Source: Oopsacas minuta
Lineage: Eukaryota; Animalia; Porifera
Direction: 5' to 3'
DNA length: 64,000 nucleotides
Assembly: GCA_024704765.1 (NCBI GenBank)
Contig: JAKMXF010000055.1
Coordinates: 587,815-651,814 of the forward strand
Both the position numbers and the translations under genes were made by a program. The notes under the pieces are model-generated. The model saw nothing but the letters and a program-made list of their open reading frames with translations, ran no database searches and was not told the origin of the DNA. How positions within the stretch are numbered: position 1 is the first letter of the stretch; each line of letters opens with the position of its first letter. Shown one piece after another: positions 37,101 to 53,699 of the stretch.

Positions 37101-40100
37101 TCCATTTCAAGATAAAAAAAGTTTATGAGGCTAGTACCTTATATACCCAAAGACAACGAGATCAAAATGTGTAGAGAGGATACTATATATTATTCGAAAA
37201 AGGTACAATGTGATATAGCCCATGCCCAAGGTTGGGTAGGCCTCGACCTAGCTAAGCCACTACGCTGGCACCTAGAAATCATACATTAGATTATACCTGT
37301 TGGGGATATAGATCCACGCCAATTTGCAATTCATTCATCTCCAAACAATCAACTATCGCAACTTTAGGGATAGAAACAATGCAGCCTTTAAGCTGTAACA
37401 ATAGTTCACTTTCATTGTTACATCTGAGAGATAACTTGAAAACTAATAGTGCGCCTGCTATCCACCTCAAGATTAATTTGATTGAGTCTATTTCCTTGGA
37501 GGAACTGAGGCAGATGAATAGTAACGAGGAATTATTCAAAGAATCGGGATGTAAACAGAATAGCAGCCTCTGCATAGATTCAAATTCACAAGGTTTATCA
37601 AGTTGTATCTAAAGAAAAATCAATAATAGTTCCAAATATATTTAGCATATGGGATGAAGCTTTTTGAGGATAACCAATCGAATATCAGAAATTCTTTTAT
37701 CATTCAATAACAAAAAAAACGTACAAATATCTGATAAAGTTGTGGTAAATATTCACGCGTTTATCAAAATCGTAGACAGTCTAAAATTTATCATCAATGA
37801 ATTTGAAATCTTATATGTATTCTTAGATAAGAAATCAGGATTCTTAAAAAATGATAGTTTCATTTTTAACATGGTAATCATCATCAATAGCGGTTATTGA
37901 TTAAGAACTTCCTATGATATATACACAATAGCAATATTCGGGCATTATAGATGAATCGTCATGATGCAAAATGTAAAACACTATTGTGACAATTATTTCC
38001 ACCTAATTACTTTAGACAATACAGTAAGTCAAAAATGTGGATTCTAATTATAGACCCGTCAAATCAGGTAGCTCAAATACCAGGGAAAAATGAAAATCTG
38101 TTCGAGTTAAGGATGGCCTCCCATCAATTTCACATTTTCCCTAAGACTTTATCAATTCATTAAGAGCTAAAGTTGTTAGAGCATATTCAGTTTTTCGTAA
38201 TCTTTTCAAAAATGTAACAAAAACCTTCATATCTAGAATAATATATCTTGAATAATTAGATATACTAAGCATCTAACATCCAGTAACTCGAAATCATAAA
38301 TCTGTTCCAGACAACGCAATGTTTTTCTGAATAAACCAAATAGTAAACGAGAGAAAATATAATTGGTTACAGATAAGAATGCTTGAATCAATAGGCATTC
38401 GAGTTAGCAGGTGTTGGCTATTCAATGGATATCCAGCAATAATTATTCAATAACACTAAATTTCCGATCATCAAATAGGCTACACAGTATGTTAAGTATG
38501 TATACGATACTGTAATCTACAACCTATTTAGCGCTGTTATTTGACATTGTTCCAACTTAATCTCAGTGGACTTCCCCCATACTATATTCTTATTAAAACC
38601 TTGCCAATTCAATAGCTTATATTTTTTACAAAGAATAAGTGGCACCACGTGAGCTTACTCTCACGTTATGTCAACAGTCAAATAAACAATGCTAGATGAG
38701 ATATGAACAACAATATGACCACACAAAACCTTTGAAAACATATATTTTACCATATTTCCAAAAGTTAAAAATATTCTGACTCATTAAATTCACCTATACC
38801 ACAAATATATTGAACATGGAATTGTATATCACTTCTGCTCTTTTTCCGTAGGTACCAAGTTTTGGTACCTTGGTTGTGGGGTCAGGACTCCCAAGGTTTG
38901 GTGGACAAGTCCGTACTTTTTGTGAAATGTACATAAATGGAGCAGCGACTTCTCATGGTGGACCCCAAGCCTGATTTTGTTAACAATAACTTAATGCAAC
39001 CATATCCGTACATTCAAAATTATTCTATCCTACACTTACAATTTGCGACATGGCCTGTCAGTTCCATGGAGTATGTTAAACATTTGATATTGCGAAAGGT
39101 TTGATTACATACTTGTCTTTTCTTCCCCACTGATAATTAGACTAGTATTGCGAGTTTAGAAGCAACTATTCCTTGACAAAATGAAGACTCTGAGATGAAC
39201 AAATGATAAAGTGAATGTTATTTTTTCAATTCATTAATACTCCCGTCAGCGATTCCCAAACGGATCCAAGAACACTAATGCGGTTCACGGATGACCGCAG
39301 AACGCCCATAGGACCTCAAAGTTTGTATTGAAATATACTTGAGCCCATAGAATGTGATATAATTGGTAGAGAGCTACACAGGTGAAAATCCTAGGAACAG
39401 CTGCACTACTCTATAACTAGACTACGTTTGTAAGATATAGTAAACTCGCCGTATGAAAAAGCAGGGATACCTTACCAGTAAAATTTTAAAGTAATTGATT
39501 TACTCTACATATAAATAAATCAAACCGAATGCGAGGTATTTCGTTATAACGTTAGTTTACTTACGAAATTAGGATATGCAAGCGGGCGTAGAATAAGTAC
39601 CGTATTCCCCTCGGGCGCATATTAATATAGGAGCATACCCGAGAACATAGTCAGGTATAGAGTTTAATGATATTTCATTATGGGGCTGCTAACCATGGGG
39701 CAATTTAGTGAAATACAGTATTCATAAGATACATTACTGATATTAGACGAATATCCACAAAGAAATATTTGTCCCATGGGCCAAAACCCCTCAATTCCTT
39801 AAGCCACTTAATTTGTCATTCATTTTTCGAATAAATCTTTTACTACAAGTGGCTAGATAAAATGGCCATATCTGGTAAATATCACTTCTTTGAGACTGCA
39901 CCAAAGTTAATTGCAAAGAACAATTTCCCTAACTATTTGAATGACCAATGTGATTTCTTTGAAAATATCAGATTCTCTATTAACTTGAATGATGGAAAAA
40001 ACACCTTACATCACTCAAACAAGGCAACTGTTCAGATTCATATTTTGGAAATTAAGGCTTCACGAAATAAACATGATTGGGACAGAACTTACATAGAAAA

Positions 40101-41247
40101 TACGTAAGTATATAAATTAACGCTCCATGAAATTGCATCGATATTTTGAAAGTTGCGTGAATTTATGCGTAAATCACCTATATTTCGGAATTATTAAGGT
40201 GATGATTATAATAACTGTAACTTGTGAGTATAGTTAACTCCTCAAAATCGGGACACATCGGTTCTAGCCATTTTCTCGTGATTAAGCGGAGTCCCCAATT
40301 AACCGAGATTTTCCAAAAACAATACTAAATAGCAAAACTACTGTATCTTTTCCTTCTAAGAGTCATATAAAACATAGTAACACTTATTTAGTTAATACAT
40401 CCAACGAACAAATTTTAAAATTTTCGGATCGTTTAGTTCACTACATAAATCATGCTAATAACAATGGCTGGTATAAAGAATTTGATATGGACAATTTAAT
40501 CACAAATATTAATCTAAATTTTATACATGTACCTGGCTTACTAGAATTTCCAAACTAAAGTGAAATTTCTTCTTGATTGAGTCACAAATTCACACTCGAT
40601 TACCAGAGGTTGTCTCAATTAACCGAAATTTAATAGGGTTTCAAACAGAGGGGGGCGCCCTAGGATTCGCCCCCCACCCAGAAATCCTAATAAAGGTGTA
40701 ATGACAGCACTACCAATATGCATGATACAATTTACATGAGAAAGTGTTCTCAATAGGTTCTGATAATAGTACTGAATTTTGCATAATCAAAACTCGGCAA
40801 TTTTAATTCTTATCCATGATGGGAAGTGGAATAAAAAAAGATATTTTCTATAGTCGTGTTTAAAACAAAAGAAATGCATACTTCAGGTATCCTTGACTGA
40901 TGCAGACAGAGTGGCACTATAGGTGTCTTGGCGGATAACTATATAGCTATAAACTTAGAATAATTCTTTCAGACCCCATGTCGGCCAGATCGTATCATTA
41001 AACATCAGCTATTGCGTGATTTATACATATACAGGTAAACCTCCGAGATTTGACATCATCGGGAGAATAATTTGTGCGGTAAAACAGAGGTTGCCGTATC
41101 ACAAAGTTTCCCTTTATAAACGCTTAATATATATACTATTTTAGGACCGAAATATCAGATGCTACCAATATTAATAATAACTAACAGATATCAAAAACCG
41201 ATTTACTGAGAAGCAGGCTTTGGCATAGAGATTCCATTTCTATTGTA

Positions 41248-42161
41248 CAGTCCGGAGACAAAAGTATTCGAACACACAAATATATTGTCATAAATTGTAT
41301 GCTCTTTCCCGCTCCTATATATTATGTAGTCTATATTCGTAGCTGCTATCCAGTAAAATGTATAGAATAACATATGTTTTTCAAGAATTTCAAAAAAATA
41401 TTTTCAATTCGCTCTTCTTGAAGGTGTTAATTATGAATAATTGTAAGATAATAATTGATATTCAAAATATGTGGTAATTCAAAGCCTATTAAGAATCTAT
41501 AATTTCTGACTTGATATTTGAATTCTACGTAGGCGAGTTACCCCAGATTGAAATTTCCAATGGGATTGAACGATTTTTACCAGAGGTATGGATGAATTTC
41601 AATTTGTGCCATTTCTGCCACATTTTGCCCAAGGTGGCACAAGTGGCCGCTACCAAGAGGTTATTATGTAATTCAAGGGTTAACATAGTCATATCATTAG
41701 AAAATATTACTTCGACTTATTCCTCCTAACCCTAGTTGATTTCCTTGTAGAGGCGCTTTTCCTGCTACCTGTGCCACTTTTTTCAAAAAGTGGCACAAGT
41801 GGGACAAATTGAAATTTCTTCTATAACTTTGCTAAAATTGTCCAATTCGATTGGAAATTTCAATCAGGGGTAACTCGCCTACGTAGAATTCAAATATCAA
41901 GTCAAAAATTATAGATTCTTAATAGGCTTTGAATCACCATACATTTTATTATCAACAATTATCCAATAATTATTAATAATTAATACCTTCAAAAAGTGTA
42001 AATCGAAATATTTTTTTAAAATTCTTGAAAAACATATGTTATTCTATACAAATTACTAGATAGCAGCTACGAATATAGACTACACAATATATAGGAGCGG
42101 GAAAGAGTATACAATTTATGACAATATATTTGTGTGTTCGAATATTTTTGTTCCCTAACTG
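41248..42161. mobile_element. non-coding Tc1-type foldback element (914 bp) with inverted arms of about 400 bp
   Basis: TA flanks at 41246-47 and 42162-63. Ends CAGTCCGGAGACAAAAGTATTCGAACAC and (reverse complement) CAGTTAGGGAACAAAAATATTCGAACAC. Arms 41248-41650 and 41762-42161 align throughout. Confidence 0.9.
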
Positions 42162-44138
42162 TATATAGTCTATATGTACATAAAGTTTAAATTAATTAAA
42201 AGAAAGATATCTTGCCAAGCAGTCTTAAGAAGAACACTTAGTTTCCTAAAATTATTCAATCAGATAATATGGAGTTCAAGTGTAGAGGTTTAATCCTCAA
42301 TTGTGAAAACTTATCCATGGATGGTATGACTATGTGGGATATATACAAAATATCAGATGATTACCCCTTCTGAAGGTGTCCTATCTCAGGGTTAAAGAAA
42401 TGTAATTATATAGGAAATCAATTGGTGGAATAGGATTGTGCCTTATATGGCAGAGTTGCCGGTTAGGGAGGTTTAATTGTATACATTAAAGAAACAAAAT
42501 TTAAATTTAGATTAATATATTTCATAGATGCAACATTTGTCAATCAAACTATCATGTATGTAAGTTCAAATCAACTTTAGCCATGGGTGCGTAGTGGTTA
42601 TTTCCCTACTCTAGAGAGGCAGAGTCCACAATTTTCGCTCGCTTTGTAGAATACATCTTGATTTAGTAAATGGCATAAATGTTGTTGAACTTCAACATTT
42701 CCTTTCAATACATCAAGATGTATTCTACAATTATTCTCCCACCACTCTCGACAACGCATTCTGTAATTCCTTCAGAAGTAAAGGAAGGGTAAATTAGATA
42801 ATGCGATCGCCCGCATGTTAGTCTCTAAGGTATAAGAAATTTGAGGATTATTCTTTTTCATTTTCCGGACAATTTTGATACAGTTTTCTAGAGTTTTGCG
42901 TTCTGGACATATCTATTATCACGCCATATCATATTCTTGAATTGGTCACCGTTTTTCTCTCAATAAGCACCCGACTCTATTATTCTTGATGGAGAATATA
43001 CCAGCACTTCTTCAAATCGGTGTAACTCGATATGACGATCCAGAGTTTTACAGATCCCAATTCCTAAAACACTAGAGATATACTACTGTGGCATTAAATG
43101 GCTATCCATAAACTTTTGGGTCTTGGATATTTTAAGTGCAGAAAATATATTATTTGTCTAAGGCTATTGCATATAACAAGTCAATGAACAGAAAACCTTG
43201 TGGTATGGCTCTATTTATTGAGGTATGATGATGGAATCACAATTGACGAAACATATAAATTAACAGGAATGTATTATTTGCTTATAGGTTAATCACTATT
43301 TACAGTAGATTGACCAAGAACGAGTATTCTATGTGTGTTCTAATTTCTTGTTATCATGACGTAAGCGAAATTATATATGTTTTGAATTCTGGAAATATCA
43401 GTGATATTTGAGGTATTCGGATAATATATTAACACTAAAATTGTGTACCAAGGGATAAAAGGTTTAGATTATCAATTTAACATTCCGTATTTGCTGTAAA
43501 TTTCGGCAATATGAATTTTTTATAAGAAACGAAAAATATTGAAACTATGAAAATTTATCAAGTAATTTTGGCATTTTGCGTGTTCTCACTAACCAACGGT
43601 TAATTACCAGTTAAATTTTCATATACCTATTGTGCATTATTGCGATCCAAGCGTTTTGTCCCGGATGGAATCCTCAATTGCGTGACCTTATCCGCATCTC
43701 ACTTCAGATGGATCAGTGTCACATACCTTTTTCGCCACTGGGATATACCGTTGCGGGGCAACGTTTCCATTTTCTGGGCTCGTCATGATTGGGATTGCGT
43801 AGCCTGAATAGCCTCGGACATAGGTCCTTACAAGGTTGGATGTGCATTGCCATTGTGCACTTTCGAAAAATATTTGTATGCAGATTGAGTGAACAAAGGT
43901 ATTTCGCTACTCAAAATTTAGGAATTAACTAGTATGTCTTGATCGTTGGTTTGGTGCAGCATATTTTGTACATTTCAGCCTGCACCTGTGTCCTATTGCT
44001 TCACATTCCTGAGACTTGAGTACATTGCGAGAACATATCAGACCCGAATCACTTTGGCTCAAGAGACGAACAAATATATATGTGTAATCTGTTGTGAAAA
44101 GATGTTTTAAAAAGAGGGAGACAAATTTTGGTCTAGAT

Positions 44139-46020
<1,882 letters not shown>

Positions 46021-46989
46021 TAAATCAATCGGATTGATATCTTTTCTGATATAATTTTATTGGGTTATACGAATGGAAACAAATCATTTACAAATAGAAC
46101 AACATGCTTACCCACTTATCTTGTACTGACTGTATACATGCGACTATTTGGCAGCTCGCTGTATGAACTGAAAAGATTTAATTATACCCTCGTGTAAGCC
46201 AGGGGTCATAGAACCTCACAGCCGACGGGCCAAAATAGACAGATTCCATAAGACTGCTGGACAGATGGGCTATCAATTACAGCCTCGAGGATATTTTCGG
46301 AATCATTACCAGGTTATAGTAGCCCTGGATTTTAAGGAAATCGTATGGAGGAATTTCAAGTTACCGAACTGGTAAACGATTTTGTGAATTTCCAAATTCA
46401 AAATGGACCTCTGACCAACTTTTTAGGCTGCATCTGAATGTCAAATCGCAAAACAAGAAGAACTTTGGGTCCTTGAATGCTACCCTAGTGATAATACCAC
46501 TATCATATTTCGCAATTAGATTTTAGAATGCCTTTTGATATTTGTATCCGACATACGAAATTCTATCTATTGTTATGTTAATGAGATGGATGCTGCTGCC
46601 AGACTAGGGATACTGATTCTATGTCCGCTATTAGGATAGAAGTTGCCTATCGTAGTACACAGTCCAAGTGATTCTCGTTAAGCTGTGTCTACAACTTGTC
46701 TTTTGCGCATTATCTTCTAGAAGAGTAGTTCAAAAATGGATGTACTCTAAAAGAGACCTACAACTTAGTTCTTGTTTCAGTATTGAAGGAAATATTTCAG
46801 GAGTTAAAGAATGTTGATAGAGCTCTAGTAGAGACACATCTATAAATTAAATTTGAGCTCACTAGAACTTTAAAGCTAAATCAGTTCCATTTGTAATTCC
46901 TCTACCAAGTCACCAATTTCGACATCAAGTATGTTGGCAAAGTTGGTAAATACATTTGATGCTTATCCATATGTGCTATTGAGTGCTGA

Positions 46990-49000
46990 ATTGATTTTTA
47001 AGAACTATTATTACTTCGGCGTATCAATAAACATCACATGGTTGGTGAGAACAAAGTGTAGAAAAATGAACACAACTCTCTTACAATCGTAAATCCCAGA
47101 GTTGTAGTTTAACTTATAATGCTTAAATGTTTTAATACAGGACCTCAATTAATTGATGTATTTCCAAACCGCATCATTGATCCATTATTTATTCAATTTC
47201 GTGCTATAAGCAACCAGTTTATGTAATGATGGACTAATATTAACAAAAGGACACTGGCTTAATACAAACACATACATTTCACGGCAAACAAGGCCAAGTT
47301 GTTCTGTATCTATTTCTCTACCGCTGGAAAGATACGCAAAATAGCAGAGAGATTGGTTTAGATCTTTTCCAAATAACCGTGATATAGATATCGGACTAAT
47401 GATGTAATCCAGTAGAAAAAAGCTTCTTTATTCGCAAAGCAACATCGCGCGATATTATGGTGGAAGTGGTTCCACCTGAGTTAACGGTTGATCCATTTTC
47501 AAACCAGTTTGCTCTTTCAAAATCCTTGTTAGAAATTTTGAGGAATCTTTCACTTCAGCACACGTTGGTGACGATTTTTAGTACTTGAATGCAGATGATA
47601 AACAATAAACATGAACCAGCAGAAAACACAAATGTAAGAGTGAAGGAGAGAAGCAGAAATACGTCGAAATCGGAGACGTGCTCATTTGTTAAACCAAATC
47701 CTTGTGAATGAGGAAGTAATAAATATTCTTCTGTGTAAATCTGAGAAAATATCTCTTTGGGAGCCGAAATAGTTCGGTTGATGTGAAAGCCAGATTCAAC
47801 GAATTCTAGATCATCTATTTGATCGTAGGTAACTGTACACAGTCGACAGTTTGGGCCTGCTGCACCTGTAAGAATGCCTGAGGTTTTCCCATCGAGCATA
47901 GTGCGGAGTACTTAAACTCTAATTTTCTCACTTTGTTCTAACTCAAATCATTGTTGTTCTATCAATTTTGTTTCTGGATTGATATAAGAATGCATTAGAT
48001 GTACAATATTCTCTTCGTTTTCTTTCATAGCCCATAATGCGAGAGGTCGAATTTGAAATCAAGAATTTGGAGTTCTGTTTACCCAGATTTCGCGGTTAGA
48101 ATAATCTTAAATCGAAAGAATCTTATAGGCGCATAAGAGGAAATTTTTAGTATTGATTGTGGGACTTTCCTGAAGTTGGTTATAGACTTGGTGAGAACCA
48201 GAACCGTCTAACCCATCTGATACTGTATTGCTTAAAGGAAATCGAGTTTCATGTATTTTGGGAAGTATCTTAATTAATCTTGATACAGTCTGTTGTAATT
48301 TTCCCATATGGCATGAGAATTCCAATAGCATGCTCACTTTGATTCAATATAAACTCTAATTCATTTGATGTTGTAATTTCTGTACGGTAGTGGGAAACAT
48401 CTGACTACGGAGGGACGAGGATATTTTTTGATTTAGCAGTTTCCTTAACACAATATATTTACTTTCCTATCTGGAGTTGGTCGAGTAAGAAAGCTGGTTT
48501 CTCAATAGGTATATGTTAGCTAGCGCAACCAAATGAGCCTTTTGAAATGATCTCTCATTAATAGGTAACTGTTGCGAAATCACTCTGGGAACTAGAAACG
48601 AACTGTAGGCCACACGATGAAATTGTCTTTCTATTAACACCTTTAATGATAAGGTTTCGATGATATTCACAAGAGAAGATAATTGAATTTCAATCCCTTG
48701 TTAGTTAATTAAGAAAGTGTTTTTCTAAAGTCATTCGAAATTTCGGCTTCATAGATGTTTATATCTTCAGAAAATCTCCTCTTTGGAAGACTGTCAATTG
48801 GATAAGAACAGAACAGCATACTTTCCCAGGTGGCTAAATCGTGGCCTTTTAAGAAATATTTGTCAGGTTTCAGTTCCCGAACTGTCTGAAAATTGTAGGA
48901 AAATCACTTTCTGGTAATTGGAAATTAGTGACGAACTATGTACAACATGCTCGTATTGAAGAATTATACTCCAAAAGAACAAACGCCTCTTTGTTATTCA
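46990..49000 (-). pseudogene. second RAG1-core/Transib-like transposase, more degenerate, same family as 7600-9730
   Basis: DLATWESMLF, RKTLS*LTNKGLKF, EIISKGSF, SDGLDGSGSHQVYNQ, TMLDGKTSGILTGAAGPNCRLC, GLKMDQP..NIAR and ISPSLHKLVA are colinear with element 1. TIRs not established. Confidence 0.82.
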
Positions 49001-50034
49001 TTCTAAGGTGTACACAATATAGGAAAAGGATACTTGTAAATTAATTCTTCATACATTTACGAATAATTTTTAGCTTATCAATTGTAAATGGAATATTAGA
49101 ATTTATGGGGGTCAAAAAAGTATCGTAAATTAAAGCAAGCATGGTAAGCTAACATATAAAAACTAGAAAACTTCTGCTCATGACTGCCCACTAAAGCTTT
49201 TTGTACCAAATTGGCAATAATATTTCGTCCGATTGATCCTGAGTGGAGTCTCACGTCACAAACCAAAACTTTGAGGAATCAGATCATAAATTTCTTTCTA
49301 CATATGAGTTACATGTGTATAATACATACAGAATAACATACCTTTACCAATTAATAGCCATTATGTAAAGCAATACAAGATATTGGAATAACAAGATGAC
49401 AGTTATGTAACTGACAAAGCTATTTGAAAATTGGAAAGTTCCTCCTTAGTTCATAAAAGGTAGAATTCTATAACTAGCGTTAGTACAATCCAATTACTAC
49501 CTTTTCTGGACAATCGTATTCTATAAATTTTTTAATGATTCGGGGGTATGATATTTCCACTCTATTCCATTAGTTTACCCAATATGTATTATGTATCATT
49601 CTTTGCGATGAATTTTAACAATGGGCTCTCCTGTTTCGTATTGGTTCCTTCTTTGGGTTTTCTACGTTGATTAGCATGTCTAAAATCATGGCTTCTTCGG
49701 GAACAATCAGACATATTTAGTTACACATGATTGAGAAAATTCAATTTAATTCATCTTTTAGAGTGAATAAATATATATCACAATAAATTAACATGAATAA
49801 TTGTTAGCACCAAGGGTTTGAATGATACCATGTACAAAAACCGATTAGGACTTGAAATCACGTATTCAATCGCGAATAAAAAATTTTCTATTGATCGAGG
49901 GATCCATGTATTGAAAATGATACTCGCATCTGTGTGAGGGGGCTGTTGGTAAACTATTTCTGCTTTACATCACAGTGCCCAGGGCCTAAGATACCCTTAT
50001 TCCGGAACCCGCTCCGAGTTATTTCAGACCTCTC

Positions 50035-52401
50035 TAGTGGCGTAGCAAGAAATTTCCCATTGGGGGGGGCCATACTGGGCTCTGCGTTCTTAAAAAATGT
50101 ACTAGCACAATCATCATAGAAGCGGTTTAATTGTCTAATTCTATTGTCAATTGTATGTATGACTTCTTTGATATATGTATTATGTCAACCACTTATATCA
50201 GTACCGTATATAATGAGTTGCTAACTAAATTGGATAGATTCAAAACTTTATTCATAATGTTCAAACGTTCAGGAAGAATTCTCGAATTTTTTATCTCCAA
50301 ACAACCTCGAATTGAACATACTTCTAATACATCAGGAAGCTATTCCGATCCGAAGCATCATTATCTCAGGATCTGGAAGGCTCCAATTCTCATCTCGGAG
50401 AAGTTGAGCAGTTACTTCCCTTATCTTCACACAGTGTAGCTAATATTCATATTTCGAATCAATTAGACATTGGGTTTTATGTCTCTGATCAAGAGCCCAT
50501 TGATATGGCTCTCAGATATGAACTATTAACTAAATGTTGGACTCCTCCCAGCAATTTTATTTTCCCTCCCATTCCTTCAGGGAGGTCGGAAAGGGTATTA
50601 TAATCGTAGTTGGTTACTTAATTATCCTTGGCTTGCACACTCTGAATGCTTGACCGGTGATTTTGTAAAATTTGCGTAATCTTTTTGGATAGAAATGATA
50701 ATTGAGTGGGTAAGGGTGGAACACAGAAAGTTGGTTCTTAAGTAATACACTCATTCACTGGCTACAAGCATGCAATCAATCACTTTGACAATCACAGTAA
50801 GCTAACTCATCACAGAGAATGTTGTGCAAAAAGCGAAGATTTCAAACGTGTATTTGAGATCCTGGGCTAGATCTTCGAGACCAGCTCAACCAAGAACGGA
50901 TCAAAACGAAACATTTGAACCGCAAGAAATTAGTGCCGATCATTGAAACAATCTTTGTTTCTAGGTAGACAAGAATTGGCATTTCGTGGACATCGGGGAG
51001 AGTCTAAAAAACTGATAATTGAAGAAGCGAAGCAAAACGATAGCAACATTCGTGCTGCGCTTCGTTCACGTCTAAAAGCGGGAGATGCTGTTTTGAAATA
51101 TCATTTGTCCTCCTGTGGAGCAAATGTTAAGAATCTAAGCACAATGACCCAAAACGAGATACTCAATATCACTGGCGCACTGATAACTCAGAAAATTGTT
51201 ACCGAAGTCCAGAAATGTGGTCCATTTTCCATTTTAGCTGATGAGTCAGCTGATATTTCAGCTCATAAACAACCATCAATCTCTGTCTGTTATACTACCA
51301 GAAATGATAGTTCTTCCATATTAATGGAGAGCTTCCTCGGATTTGTAACTGTTTTTGACCTCACAGGTGAAGGGATAGGAAACTCGATTGAGAGATTCTG
51401 TCTTTCTGTTGGTCTGGACTTGAATAATTAGGTTGAAATTCGTTTAGATGGGGCTAGTGTAATGGCAGGTAAATTCAAAGGCCTACAGGCTTGCATCCGT
51501 AAAAGCATCCAATGGCCCACCATACCCATTGTTTCTTTCACTGTTTAAATCTTGCGATTGCAAAAGCTAGTACCATCGTTCTCGGCAATACATTCCCTAA
51601 TCTATCATCAATTATTCCATTCTTCCATGGGTACCCATTACAAGAGAAGAGACTAAGGTGTAATGCCACTTAAAGGCTCAAATATTTGGATCGACAGTTG
51701 CTCTTCCAAGAGTTCATTCCAAAAGTACTCTCCAATTTATTGGTCGAGAAGATATTATTATAAGGAAAAGGCATTTATTCCTTATTACCAGTGGCTGTTC
51801 GACAATCTATCATCAAGATTCTAGATACGCAATGAAGAGGTATTCAGCCCGCAAAATCTTATTCTAAGTAATGGAGCAAAAATGAATCTGGTTTAGCTGT
51901 TAAACGTGATGGAACCAATGAAATCTCTTTCCCTTTTGTAGTGTTGAGATCGAAGCACAGAGAAAATCTGGGAATATATTTGGACAGAAAATTTAGAGAA
52001 ATGTGTGTTAGTGCCTGAAACTGCAATTGAACCATTAGCTGAATGCAATGAAGATTTAATGCAAAGCAGTGTTTCAAATTCCCAAAATCTTTGCAACACT
52101 ACCGATCACGACTGCAGCCAGCGAAGGAAATTTTTCTACATTAAAATGGTAAAAACTTATTTGAGAAAAGCAATGGGAGAGGAGAGATCAACCGGTATGG
52201 CGTTAATTTCAATCCATGGATGTGTTATTGATATTCATCCAGTTGATATCATAGCTGATATGCTAAAAGCAAACGGAAAATAGACATTATATTATAGCAT
52301 TTCATTTTGTGTCTTGTATGAGTGAGTAAATACATTTTACAATGATATAGTTTTGCCATAAGAATAACGGGGCCACCTGACCCCCCTTGGCTACGCCACT
52401 G
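50035..52401 (+). mobile_element. hAT element with ZMYM1/THAP12-like transposase (TTF zinc finger, DUF4371-like), internally deleted
   Basis: TIRs TAGTGGCGTAGCAAG / CTTGGCTACGCCACTG. 8-bp flanks GACCTCTC and GACCTCGC match at 7/8. Motifs YPWL..FCKICV, LFLGRQELAFRGH, TQNEIL and FSILADESADIS. Confidence 0.9.
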
Positions 52402-53699
52402 GACCTCGCATATTCTAACCCTCACAACGTATATAAATTTCCCAGCCCCTCTGGCAAAGTAAAGGTTGCTTAGAAATTAATTTGCAGTGGTTTAGGTTCA
52501 GTTAGTTAAAGACAAATTCAGTTTAGCATATATCTTTATCTTGCGCAGCAAGAAGTAATAACAATTTGAATATTTTGGAGACATGAACCTCATAAAATGA
52601 AATGATAGAAGATATGTTACATCAGTATAGGTAAGTTCAAAATTTGACTAAAAATATCCATACCTGCAAACGTTTCATCTTCTGGAGCCATGGGCCAACA
52701 ATGAGAAAAGAGTTGTCCTTCCATTGATGGGTTTGAGCTTGAGTAGATAAAACAATACTGGCTAACAAATCAGTGGCTTTGTAATGTTCAACCAATCTTA
52801 TTAGTAGATTAAATAAAATATCTCTATTGGATTGATCTGAAGTACCAAGGTCTCTGCGTAAAGAGAGCAAATTTGTGACTAAATGATCAGTATCATCCTA
52901 AATATATGTTAAAGAAATAAACAATATAACACACAAGTATACCCAAAACAGTTGAATCTGAATAAACGGAGAATTCCATAATCGTATTATATGGTAAACC
53001 TATACTATTTTCACTTCTCAAAGAGTCTAGGCTTATGCTGGTATTACTGTATGCATACAAAAACTGGATAAACTTGGAATTGCGGGGAAAATCATGAAAT
53101 TACATGAATCATTCTATCAATATCCAAAAATATCAATTTTTGTACTTTTGTCAATGGTATTTTAGGTACGGATTAAAGGGCTGAAACCGACATCTGCTAT
53201 TATAAATTCGAACACCATGGTGACTTCGCATTTATCTAAAATCTAGATGTCCTACATTAATAGGTTTGAACCTAATAATGGTCTGTCTAACTCGACAGTG
53301 TTCACTTATTCAAATTTTTCTCATAGTGCCCGGTGTTATAGGAATGCTATTTTTAGATAATATATTCAATATTCTGGCTGCATTGCAAGATCTATATAAA
53401 ATAATATTCTTAAATTGTATAAAGCAACACGCTAAGATTAACCTATAGGGTATTTTACTAATTGAGAACGAATTGTACGCAATTTGTCCTGCAACAGGTA
53501 TATTTTGAGATGCATAACTTCTGACCACAGTGTTCCGGACGAAAAATAGCCAATGATGGAATCATTTTAGACCTCACGGATATACTTTCAAGCGCTTACA
53601 GAGTTTACTTATCGTCAGATAGCTCAAATACACTAATGCACAGACTCTAGATTAGTGAATTGTTTAGGGAGTTGTTAGGCGTCTAGATGCCCCTAAATA

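Noticed and set aside
37379-37900. Possible LRR/NLR-like coding remnants (NNSSLSLLHLRDN)
   Set aside because: One weak repeat-like segment with no periodicity or supporting domain.
46200-46326. CAGGGGTC..GTAGCCCTG as the missing end of the Buster at 44139
   Set aside because: The flank does not match the GTCTAGAT target site; more likely an unrelated short hAT MITE remnant.
53061-53120. KLDKLGIAGKIMKLHESF, resembling a LINE reverse-transcriptase segment
   Set aside because: Too short, with no flanking RT motifs.
53526-53560. Solo CACAGTG followed by AAAAATAG, resembling a Transib end
   Set aside because: No partner end or TSD found. A few chance CACAGTG/CACTGTG hits are expected in 64 kb, and others occur near 49965 and 50430.
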